DNA of 64,000 nt. Source: Octopus vulgaris (Eukaryota). The notes under the pieces are model-generated. The model had not been told where the DNA came from. It did no database searches and saw only the letters and a program-made list of their open reading frames with translations. Below are positions 1-10,669 of the stretch, one piece after another; position 1 is the stretch's first letter, and every line of letters begins with the position of its first letter. A program made the translations under genes and the position numbers. Location: contig OX597820.1 of the NCBI GenBank assembly GCA_951406725.2, positions 45,074,001 through 45,138,000 on the forward strand, in the 5' to 3' direction.

Positions 1-623
1 AAATCCCGGAATTTCCAGGAAGTTTTCGACTAAATTTCCAGGAAGTTAAAAAAATCACCGGAACTTTTCGATAAATTTCCTGGCAGTCAGAAAATCCCCG
101 GAACTTACCAGGAAGTTTCCGGCCAAATTTCCCGGAAGTTGGGAAGTTCTCGAAACATTCCAGGAGCGTTTCAACCAAATTTCCCGGAAGTCATGAACTC
201 CTCGGAACTTTCCAGGAAGTTTTCGATCAAAGTTCCCGGAAGTTCGAAAATCCCAGGAATTTCCAGGAAGTTTTCGACGAAATTTACCGGAAGGTAGGAA
301 ATCCTCGGAACTTTCGAGGAAATTTTCGACGAAATCTCCTAGAAGTTAGAAAATCTTTGGTAATTTCCAGGAAGGTTTCGACCAAATTGCCAGAAAGCTA
401 GAAAATCCTCGGAACATTTGAAGAAGGTTTCCACCAAATATCTCGGAAATCAGAAAATCCTCGGTACTTTCCAGGAAGTTTTCGACAAAATTTGTCGGAA
501 GTTAGAAAACCCCCAGAAGTTTCCAGGAAGATTTCGACAAAAATTTCCCGGTATTTAGAAATCCTCGGAACTTTCTAAGAATGTTTCGACCAAATTTCCC
601 AGAAGTTAGGAAATCCTCGGAAC
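1..623. repeat. Satellite A, ~52-53 bp unit (AAATCCTCGGAACTTTCCAGGAAGTTTTCGACCAAATTTCCCGGAAGTTAG), ~12 diverged copies, runs off the window start
   Basis: AAATCCTCGGAAC-like motif recurs at ~299, 351, 403, 455, 507, 559, 611; unit is built from near-palindromes TTCCAGGAA/TTCCCGGAA. Confidence 0.92.
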
Positions 624-2217
624 ATGCAGCAGTTATTCTATGAAGGAGTCCCTAATTTGCATACCGAACATTTTTAACCCCTCTATAAACTGTTTAAATA
701 CTCAACAAATGCAGAAGTTATTCTATGCAGGAGAACCTAATTTGCATACCGAACATTTTTAACCCTTCCATAAACTGTTTAAATACTCAACAAATACAGC
801 AGTTATTCTATGAAGGGCACCCTAATTTGCATAACGAAAATATTTAACCCTCTATAAACTGTTTAAATACTCAACAAATGCAGAGGTTATTCTATGAAGG
901 AATCCCTAATTTGCAAACCGAAAGTGTTTAACTCTCAATAAACAGTTTAAGTACTCAACAAAGGCAGCAGTAATTCTATGAACGGGTCCCTAATTTGCAT
1001 ACCGAAAATTTTTAACCTCTCTATAAACTCTACATATACTCAACAAATACAGCAGTTATTCTATGAAGGAGTCCCTAATTTCATACCGAAAATTTTTAAC
1101 ACTCTAGAAACTGTATATATACTCAACAAATGCAGCAGTTATTCTATGAAGGAGTTTCTAATTAGCATAGCGAAAATTTTTAACCGTTCTATAAACTGTT
1201 TAAATACTCAACAAATACAGCAGTTATCCTATGAAGGAGTCCGTAATTTGCATACTGAAAATGCATAGCACTCTATAAACTGTATATATACTCAAGAAAT
1301 TCAGCAGTTATTCTATGCAGGAGAACCTAATTTAAATACCGAAAATGTTTAACACTTTATAGACTGTTTAAATACTCAACAAATGCAGCAATTATTCTAT
1401 GAAGTCCCTTATTTGCATACCGAAAATTTTTAACCCCTCTATAAACTGTTTAAATACTGAACAAATGCAAAATTCATTCTATGAAGGAGTGCTAATTTTC
1501 ATATCGAAAATTTTTAACCGCTCTATAAACTGTTTAAATACTCAACAAATGCAGCAGTTATTCTATGAAGGAGTTTCTAATTTGCATAGCGAAAATTTTT
1601 AACCGCTCTATAAACTGTATATATACACAACAAATGCTGCAGTTATACTATGAAGGAATCTCTAATTTGCATACCGAAAATTTTTAATACTCTATAAACT
1701 GTATATATGCTCAACAAATGTAGCAGTTATTTTATGAAGGAATCCCTAATTTGTATACCGAAAATTTTTAACCCCTTTATAAACTGTTTAAATACTCAAC
1801 AAATACAGAAGTTATTCTATGAAGGTGTACCTAATTTGCATACCAAAAATTTATAACCCCTCTATAAACTGTATAAATACTCAACAAATCCTTAAATCCT
1901 TAAAAATGTTTTAGCCCGAAGGCCGCGGCCATGCTGGAGCACCACCAAATGGAGAAGTTATGCTATGAAGGAGATCCTAATTTGCATACCGAAAATTTTT
2001 AACCGTTCTATAAACTGTTTAAATACTAAAAAAATACAGCAGTAATTCTATGAAGGAGACCCTAATTTGCATACCGAAAATTTTTAACCGTTCTATAAAC
2101 CGTTTAAATACTAAAAAAATACAGCAGTAATTCTATGAAGGAGATCCTAATTTGCATAACGAAAATTTTTAACCGTTCTATAAACTGTTTAAATACTTTA
2201 GAAATACAGCAGTTATA
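624..2217. repeat. Satellite B, ~85 bp AT-rich unit, ~18 copies
   Basis: Unit ATGCAGCAGTTATTCTATGAAGGAGTCCCTAATTTGCATACCGAAAATTTTTAACCCTCTATAAACTGTTTAAATACTCAACAA starts at ~624, 709, 794, 878 and onward. Confidence 0.95.
1890..1945 (-). mobile_element. 56-bp retroposon 3'-end insert (L2/CR1-type tail) inside satellite B
   Basis: Minus strand GTGGTGCTCCAGCATGGCCGCGGCCTTCGGGCTAAAACATTTTTAAGGATTTAAGG matches the SINE tail at 8636-8670; flanked by CAAAT at 1885-1889 and 1946-1950. Confidence 0.75.
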
Positions 2218-3317
2218 GGAATGGTGAACATTCCAGAAAGGGGTTTTTGAGAAGTGAAGGGGAGGAAATGGAGGAAGGAATTTTAAACATTCCAATGAGA
2301 AGGATTTGGGAGGTGAAGGGGAGGAAGGAATTCGGAACATTCCAAAGAGAGGGATTTGAGAGGTGAAGGGAGGAAGATGAGGAAGAAATGTGTGGAATGT
2401 CAGGAATGTCTGGAATGTCTGGAGTGTCTGGAATGTCAGGAATGTCTGGAATATCAGGAATGTCCGGAGTGTCTGGAATGTCAGGAATGTTGGGAATGAC
2501 TGAAATGTCAGGAATCTCCGGAATGTCTGGAATGTCGGGTATATCTGGAATATCAGGATTGTCAGGAATGAAGGGGAGGAAGAAATGTTGAACGAACATT
2601 CCAGAGAGGGGGATTTGAGTGGTGAAGGGTGGAATGGGAGGAAGGAATGTTGAACATTCCAGAGAGGGGGATGTTAGCGGTGAACGTAAGGAAGGGGAGG
2701 AAGGAATGTTGAACATTCCAGAGAGGGGGATTTGAGAGTTGAAGGGGAGGAAGTGGAAGAAGGAATGTTGAACATTCCAGAGAGGGGGATTTGAGAGGTG
2801 AAGGGGAGGAAGGGGAGGAAGGAATGTTGAACATTCCAGAGAGGATGAATTGAGAGGTGAACGGGGGAAAGGGGAGCAATGAATGTTGAACATTCCGGAG
2901 AGGGGGATTTGAGAGGTGAAGGAAAGGAAGGGGAGGAAAGAATGTTGATCATACCAGAGAGGGGGATTTGAGAGGTGAAGCGGGGGAAGGGCAGGAAGGA
3001 ATGTGGAACATTCAAGAGAGGGGGATTTGAGAGGTAATGGGGAGGAAGAGGAGGAAGGAATGTCGAACATTCCAGAGAGGGGGATTTGAGAGGTGAAGGG
3101 GTGGAAAGGGAGGAAGGAATGTTGAACATTCCAGAGAGGGGTATTTGAGAAGTGATGGGGATGAAGATGAGGGAGGAATATTGAACATTCCAGAGCGGGC
3201 GAATTGAGAGGTGAAAGGGAGGAAGGAATGTTGAATATTTCAGAAAGGGGTTTTGGGAGGTGAAGGGGAGGAAGGTATTTTGAAAATTCCAGAGAGTGTG
3301 ATTTGAGAGGTAAAGGG

Positions 3318-3349
<32 letters not shown>

Positions 3350-3672
3350 AGCAATGTTGAACATTCCAGAGAGCGGGATATGAGAGGTGAAGGGGAGGAA
3401 GGAATGTTGAACATTCATGAATGGGGGATTTGAGTGAGGAAGGGGAGGAAGGAATGTTGAGTATTCCAGAGAGGGGGATTTGAGAGGTAAAGGGGAGGAA
3501 GGGTAGGAAGGAATGTTGAACTTTCCAGATCGGGATTTGAGAGGTGAAGTGGAGGAAGGAAAGTTGAACATTCCTGAGAGGGGGATTTTAGAGGTGAAGA
3601 AGAGGAAGTGGAGGAAGAAATGTTGAACATTCCAGAGAGGGGGAATTGAGATTTGAAAGGGAGGAAGGGGAG
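2218..3672. repeat. Satellite C, purine-rich ~50-60 bp unit (GGAAGGAATGTTGAACATTCCAGAGAGGGGGATTTGAGAGGTGAAGGGGA)
   Basis: More than 20 copies; each carries the near-palindrome GGAATGTT-G-AACATTCC. Confidence 0.93.
2395..2569. repeat. 9-bp microrepeat (GGAATGTCW)n inside satellite C
   Basis: About 19 units of ggaatgtct/ggaatgtca; an inverted block (GACATTCCW)n lies at ~3672-3725. Confidence 0.9.
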
Positions 3673-3725
3673 ACATTCCAGATATTCCAGATATTCCTGA
3701 TATTCCAGACATTCCTGACATTCCA

Positions 3726-5695
3726 AACAAGTCTGAAATTTCCGGGCACTGAACAATAGCGTGCAGGACTGTTTCCACATCCCGCTCGCATCTTGGACAG
3801 TTCGATGGTCCACCGTGATCATGTCTTGTGAGCTTATCCCGAACGGGTAAGGCTCCTCTGTAACATTGCCAGGCCAAAGACTTCTGAAAGTTATTCAGCG
3901 TCCTCGGTCCGAATGTCCTTTGGAACAGGCTGTCTAACTGATTATTATCGAGACCCAAGATCCTTCCCAGGGCATCGTCATTTCCGGCCTCTACCAACCT
4001 ACTATAAAAAGCTGTGGTGGTACCAAAGCCACCGGCATTGCCGGACTTGCGGAAGTGGAAGAGGGCCTTACGGCACTCTGAATACCACATACTCGACCTA
4101 AGTCTGCGACGATACCAGGTTTCTCTACCACCAAAACTGGCAAAGCTGGGAAACATCTGCCTCGCGAGCGGGGACCACACCCGTTCACCATCCAGGTAGA
4201 GCCAAAGATGCCTCAACCTCAGCGCATGTTTGCGCATCAACAGCCAAGGCATCCCTAACCCACCCTTTAACGGCTTCTGACAGCAAATAGAACGTTTTAC
4301 AAGAGGAGTGGCACCCTTCCACAGAAAGCGAAAGATTTGCCTCTCCATCTTGTTCAACCACGAATCCGGACAAGGAACGACGGTCAGGCGGTAAGTGATG
4401 ACCGATGCTATAAACACATTGGCCACCTCCGCCCTCCCTTTCAAGGATAGCCACCGCCAAGACCAAGTCTCGACCGCGTAAGCCACCTTGCTCGCCACCT
4501 CAGACCAGTTCTTTTCTATCTGGAGATCTGGACCAAACCAGATCCCTAGCAATTTAACCGGGCCCTCCGTCCAGCGTCCCACGATACTATTCGAAGGCAT
4601 CGACTTTTCCCTCCAAGTGCCGAGTTGCAAGCCGACTGACTTTTCCCGATTAATTTTTGCTTCTGTCACCGTCTCGTAAGCCTTGATGGTATCTCCCACA
4701 TTCTGTAGGAGTTCCACCTTGGTCGCGATGATGGTGATGTCGTCTGCATACGCTGTAACAGATCCTCCACCTCCTGGATTCGTCGGGATGGCATTCAGCT
4801 TTCGCAGTAATGGCTCGAGAGCCATCACATATAAAAGCGGGGAGAGCGGACACCCTTGACGAACTGACCGTTTGATGCGGAACGGCTTCGAAAGGAAGCC
4901 ATTCACCCGAACGATCGAGTCGATGTTGTCGTACAACTGTATAATCCACCTGAGAAAACCAATGCCTAGACCGAACTGTGCAAGCACAGACACCAGGTAC
5001 CGATGGTTCACTTTATCGAAAGCTTTACTCTGGTTTAAATGAACCAGTGCCCCACCTTTGCCAGAATTGTTCCCGAACCCTTCTACGGTGTAACGTATAA
5101 GGTGAAGATTATCCTGAATGGTCCTTCCGGGGACCGCACAAGTTTGTGCTTTCCCGATTAGGCCATCCGCGACACGCGTCAACCTTTTCGCTAACACCTT
5201 GGCCAAAATCTTCACCTCTGCATTCAGCAGGGTGATGGGCCTGAAGTTATCTATTCTATCCCCCTTGCTCGGGTCCTTCCTGATCAGCGCCACCACTCCC
5301 CGGCGCACAGATCTGGGAATGAACCCATTCTTCCGCCAGTTCGCGAAAACGCCGGCCAGTACGTACCCGAACAAGTCTGGCATACTTTTATATAGTTCGT
5401 AGGGTAAACCATCAATTCCTGGCGCCTTACCTCCGTCGCAGTCAGCCATGGCTTCAGCTACCTCCTCAGGCGAGATTGACCCTTCACAGCTCTCCGCGTC
5501 CTGCCCCGAGAGGTGCTGCAGCCCGGCGAGGAGGTCCGTAAGGTCCGTCCTCTCACCCGGCCCGCCGTCGCTCCCGAAAAGCCGGGCGAAGTGCTCCTGA
5601 AACGTCCGACACATCTCCTCTGGTTCGGTTACCACATTGCCTTGCTCGTTCGTCATAGACTTGATTGTGGAATCGTTTCCACGTTGAGCTTCCAC
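3726..5695 (-). pseudogene. LINE ORF2 reverse transcriptase plus C-terminal zinc knuckle, truncated by satellite
   Basis: KAPGIDG, NFRPITLLN, QGCPLSPLLY, YADD and CPRC-x8-H-x4-C motifs; motif A reads LNQSKAFD, with N where the catalytic D is expected. Confidence 0.93.
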
Positions 5696-6783
5696 AACTC
5701 ATGCCCATCCGGCAGCCTTAATACCCTCGCTCCCCATTGCGCAGAGTCTAGCTCTGACAAACAACCCATGTGTTTGGCTTCGAGGTGCTGGTTTAATTCC
5801 AGTCTCTTCAGCCTAACCTGGGCCCCATCACCAGATCTCATGGCTTCCTCTAAGGCCTTAACTAGCCCCTTTTCTTTTCTACGCCCACTAGCTACTAGTC
5901 CTATGCTATATCTAATGGACTCGTATTTAATGGCTCTCTTGAGGGCGTACCACCATTTGTTGTTAATAATGGAACCGGTTAACGCCCTCTGAATTAATAA
6001 CTTAATCCGGCTTCTGAAATTCTCAATAGCCAAAAGGTACTTATTGAGTTTCCAGTAACCGGATCCCTTACTACATAACTTATCTAGGTGCAGTTTACCA
6101 GTGACCATCTTGTGATCACTGTAACTGACCGGGTGAAGCTGTGGACACTTAACTATGTCTTTATCTATTTTTCTAATGAGAATCCTATCTATATAGGACC
6201 TGACAGACCCGTCGCTATTTGACCACGTCCACTGTGGAGCGTTCGGGAATTCAAGTCTGTAGGGATCTACTAGCTGAAAGCGACTTAGTAGATCCCGGAA
6301 GCCACTGTTTGGTTTCCTATCTTTAGAGCCAACGCTATCGACACACGTATTGACTATAGCGTTACAGTCCCCTAGCATGACTATGGATTTTGACGTGCCA
6401 AGAAACTTCTCTAGGTCTCGGAAAAAATCAGTCTGACGTGAATTGGGTGCGTACACCGCCACCAGCCTGATTTCCTTACCACAACTGAACGTCAGATCTA
6501 AGACGACCAGCCTACCTTCTGAGTCAGAAAAAATTAACTTTTTCTCTGAGACTCGATTTCTTTTGAGTATGACCAACACCCCACTCCCACCCCACCGCCA
6601 GCCAGGAGAAATAAATTTCTCGTAGCCATCCAGGAGCGGGAGTAGATCTCTTGACCCTTCCACTTGAGTCTCAGTAGCAACAACAACATCTGAATTCTGC
6701 GACCTGATATAATTTAGGAAACGCCCCTGTTTCCAGTTCGATATCAGGCCGCGCACATTTAAACAACCTACATGAACTGCCAT
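5653..6783 (-). pseudogene. LINE ORF2 N-terminus: AP-like endonuclease
   Basis: CLNVRGL, ATETQ, AVYAPN, LGDCN, SYIDRIL, YSDHKMV, GYWKLN motifs; frameshift into the RT frame near 5700-5770. Confidence 0.92.
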
Positions 6784-6799
6784 AATTCACCAACCTTGT

Positions 6800-8240
6800 T
6801 TCATCTGGGTCCGGAGGACGGGAGGGAACCCGTCCCTTCTACTTCTTGGGCCCGTGGAATCGGCAGGTTGGTGTTGTTACTTTTTGCATCTCGCTTTGCG
6901 TCTTCTGCACTCATTCTCGAGGGGCAGACATCTTTCCTGAAATCGTTCACTAATTGGTTCTACGTCTTCTGACCCATTTTGTAACTTCTCCATTCACTTG
7001 CCGCTTCTTCTGTCTCTATTTCTTCTATATGATGAGTTTCTATTCTCCTCATAATCTCTCTGTTAGATAATCTCACTGCTACGTACACCTGGTTGTCTGT
7101 AGCTTTCTCTGGCTTTTTCGCCTTTTTAATTTCTCTTGCTTTCTCCGGGGAGGGGTTTTATGCTTTCTTTTTTTGGTTTGAGTCCATCCCTCCCCTTCTT
7201 CTGGTATAGGTGTTATTCTCAGCGGTACTTTAGGGGTAGTAAGCTCTTCAGTCCTTTTTTCTTCTTCTACCGGCTTACAATTTTTCCTCAGGTGCCCCTT
7301 TTTCCCCGCAAGCGAAGCACCTGGGCTGTCGGCCTTCAACCATAACTGGTAGACGGTTTTCACCAACTTCGATAATCTTCTAGCGCGGCCGGTTCTGCTT
7401 GCAGAATTACTTTAACCTTTTGGCCTTGCCAGTTTTTCGTCTCTTCTACCGTTGCATCTCTAATCTCTAGTATCTCCTCTAGGCCCAAAGTAATTGCTGC
7501 GACTATCTTCTCCGGTTCGATTTCCGGCGGGACATTCGCTATGGTTACTTTGGACATCCTTCTGCCCATATAGATGGGCAAAAGCGTCACTGTTTCCGTT
7601 CTCAGTGGGTTCATTGAGTGAAGCCTTGCTTCCTCCTCGGATTCGAACCTCACCTCTATTGTGCCGTACCTTTTTCCCCTTGCAATGTATTTTACTTTGC
7701 TAGAAATAGGCTTGAGGCATGCCTCCACTTCGTTTTGTGCTGCGAATTCGATCCTCTTTTCTTTGTTTTTATGTTTTATATATAATTGTTTTTCTTTCTA
7801 CATTCTCTTTTACTTCTCTTGGTTGTACGATTTTTGTCTCGTATCCCTCTTTTTTCATATCCTTTTTTAGTTCCTCTAGGTTTGTGAGTTCGATTTTCTT
7901 TTCCGTGGTGCCTGCTGCTTCTGCGAAATTCAGCTGGTTTTTTTTTCGCTAGACTAGGCACATCTATGTTCCTTCGAACCTGCAGCCTCTTTTTCTCATT
8001 TTTGCTTTCGTTCTCTTCATCAGAGTCTGAAAGCAACTTCAATTTGCCGATTCTTTCCAACTCTTTTTCTGTTTTTTCTCCTGGGCTAACCGCAATTTGG
8101 CTAGCCGTTTTCCCTGGGCTTTGGTTTGCTGTTCTCGCCATAACTCGGTTTACCGCTTTTCCCGGGCTTACCACAACTCGGCTTGCCGTTTTCTCCGGTC
8201 TCGCCTCAATTAGGTCTGCCGTCCCTCCCGGGCTGGCCAT
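6800..8240 (-). pseudogene. LINE ORF1 (Tx1-type nucleic-acid-binding protein), broken into several frames
   Basis: KVTIANVPPEI RRM-like segment; VEGRQPRCFACGEKG/HLRKNC zinc knuckle split by a 1-nt indel at ~7290-7305; 3' boundary approximate. Confidence 0.8.
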
Positions 8241-8305
8241 AATTTAGCCTACCCTCACGGGCAGTTCCTTCACAGAAATAACAAAAATTTTTAACAATTT
8301 TTAAC

Positions 8306-8689
8306 GGCTGTGTGGTAAGTAGCTTGTTTACCAACCACATTGTTCCGGGTTCAGTCCCACTGCGTGGCACCTTGGGCAAGTGTCTTCTACTATTGCCTCG
8401 GACCGACCAAAGCCTTGTGAGTGGATTTGGTAGACGGAAACTGAAAGAAGCCCGTCGTATATATGTATATAAATATATGTATGTGTGTCTGTGTTTGTCC
8501 CCCCAGCATTGCTTGACAACCGATGCTGGTGTGTTTATGTCCCCGTTACTTAGCGGTTCGGCAAAAGAGACCGATAGAATAAGTACTGGGCTTACAAAAG
8601 AATAAGTCCCGGGGTCGAGTTGCTCGATTAAAGGCGGTGCTCCAGCATGGCCGCAGTCAAATGACTGAAACAAGTAAAAGAGTAAAAGA
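8306..8689 (+). mobile_element. tRNA-derived SINE, family 1: GGCTGTGTGGTAAG head, TA/TG microsatellite, ...GGTGCTCCAGCATGGCC...GAAACAAGTAAAAGA tail
   Basis: A-box-like TGTGTGGTAAG and B-box-like GGTTCAGTCCC; homologous copies at ~14495-14835, 22926-23297 (-), 52560-52790 (-), 58815-59180. Confidence 0.88.
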
Positions 8690-9606
8690 ATATCCAATAA
8701 AGGTAATCCAACAAGGGTAATCCAATAATGGCACGGTAGACAATACAACTAATACTTCCAAAGGTCTGAAGTCGAAAGACGAAGAATAGTGAAAATGCAA
8801 GCCTATTTATAGCCCTTGGTAGGCTCAAAGAAGGGCATCAAGAAGCAGGCCTTATCCGAAGGCCGTGATTGGTTGGCTTCACACTCTGGCGCGAAATAGG
8901 AAGTAGAGACAAACCGCGCCACATGTCAACCAATCAGATCAGTGGACACAACAAGAACAACCCAACCAAAGATGGCTGTAATCTCAAACGAGATCATTCC
9001 TGCTGTGTCTCTCAAACAGTGAGGATATCAGATGCCGCTACAAATTTTTAAAGGGCTTTTATTTTTAGGCTGAGGTCAAACAGTCGAATCCATTCAACCA
9101 TGTCGTCACAGTCTTTAGCAACATCAACTTCCAAGAACTTGAGAGAGGTGACAGACTGAAAGAGGACAAGAACCTGCACACATTTTCAGCATTGCAAGAT
9201 TTTGGAGCTATTTTTGTCAGAATAGAGCTGTCTTCAAGAATCCAAGTAATGCTATGTATTGAAGAGTAGCCGTAGATGCTGGTCATATTGTTGTTTGCTG
9301 CTACTGTTGTTGTCACATACTTTTTATTTTGACGCTACTTTACTTCAGAAGTTGGTTAGTCATAAATTCCCTAGGGAATTTTAAGCCCAGCTTCATCACT
9401 TTTATATATGTATTTTTGTTCTTGCTTTAAAACGAAATCTAGCTTCAAGCATCATATACAGATAATTTTGTAGACACTGGGTGCAAATTTTGATCTTGCA
9501 CCACCTGAAAATTCCAAGGGGTGCAGGTGCACCCCCTGTACATATATTTTTAAAACATTCATTAGCCAGAAAATATATCTGATTTTCAGTAAGTGTATAT
9601 TTTTTG

Positions 9607-9897
9607 GTGGAGGCACATGGCCTAGTGGTTAGAGCAACAGAGTCACGGTCGAGAGATTGCTAGTTCGAATCTCAGACCGGGCGATGTGTGTGTTTATGAG
9701 CGAAACACCTAAATTCCATGCGGCTCCGGCAGAAGGTAACGGCGAACTTCTGCAGGCTCTTTCACCACAACTTTCTCTCACTCTTTCCTCCTGCATGTAG
9801 CAGATTACCTGCGACGTATCGGCGTCCCGTCAAGGTGGGGAACCTATAAGCCAAGGAAACCGGCCCTTATGACTCGAGAAGGAACAAACATCAACAA
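9607..9897 (+). mobile_element. tRNA-derived SINE, family 2
   Basis: TGGCCTAGTGGTTAGAGC A box and AGTTCGAATCTC B box; head and core shared with the copy at 27727-28012. Confidence 0.82.
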
Positions 9898-10263
9898 TAT
9901 ATTTTTCAAGTTGAAGGAATATGTACAAAAGGAATTCGTAATTAGACCAAATTGTTGGTAGTGTTAAAGATACTGATGAAATCTTTCATTTTGTTATCAT
10001 AATAAATAAATTATTATTATTTTCGTTTAAGACGATGGCATTAACGACGACTAAAACGTTAATCTAGACTACAGATAGGATAGTTTTCCATTTCATTTAA
10101 TTTTGTAGTGTGTAAATTGTTACCTCCTGTAGTTCGATTATCTCCCTTGGGAGGTTAGCTGAAAAGTTTAGGCTGACTATGAGGGAGCGATGCTAGAGCT
10201 TTGAAATTTTGCAGGCATCAATTCTTATTGATGACACTATTGTTTCTTTCCTGGTAAACTGAC

Positions 10264-10661
10264 GGCAATCTTTCGTCTCTAGTAGACCTTTCCGTCGATT
10301 TCCGTAAAAAAATTTTTTTTTTTACATATGGGCTTGAGGGAAATTTTGAGGTAATGAGAGCGAAAGAGACTAAGAGAAAGCGATTGTATGACGAGGGAAG
10401 TTCTTTTGAAGCTACCGAAGCATTGATGTACATGTGTGTGTGTTTTTGATGGGGTGTGGGAGACAGAAAGTATGTTGTGTAAGTTAGTGCGTGTGAAGAG
10501 ACAGAGTAATGTGTGAAAGAAAGAGATAACTGAAATTTTTTACTCGGTGTATGTCTATATCTATGTATATTACTTCAAAAGTTCCCGCAAGCCCATATGT
10601 AAAAAACAAAAAATTTTTTACGGAAATCGACGGAAAGGTCTACTAGAGACGAAAGATCGCC
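10264..10661. mobile_element. MITE with ~95-bp TIRs and 8-bp TSD (Merlin-type signature)
   Basis: TIR GGCRATCTTTCGTCTCTAGTAGACCTTTCCGTCGATTTCCG at both ends; AAACTGAC at 10256-10263 and 10662-10669. Confidence 0.88.
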
Positions 10662-10669
10662 AAACTGAC

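Larger units (their letters stand above)
3726..8305 (-). mobile_element. L1-clade (Tx1-like) non-LTR retrotransposon, 3'-truncated and frameshifted
   Basis: ORF1 fragments (8240 downward) with RRM-like region and CCHC knuckle, followed by ORF2 with APE endonuclease, RT and C-terminal CCHC. Confidence 0.92.

Noticed and set aside
1-3725. CRISPR-like array or RT-associated repeat system (repeats next to an RT)
   Set aside because: Units are head-to-tail with no unique spacers, there are no cas genes, the context is eukaryotic, and the RT is an ordinary L1-clade ORF2
2213-5695. 1160-aa ORF as a novel RT-fusion protein
   Set aside because: It starts after a frameshift inside ORF2, RT motif A has D->N, and the C-terminal half is satellite whose other frames are also largely open
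8972-9316. Small spliced gene or histone-like ORF after the CCAAT cassette
   Set aside because: All frames I tried give short peptides with no recognisable similarity
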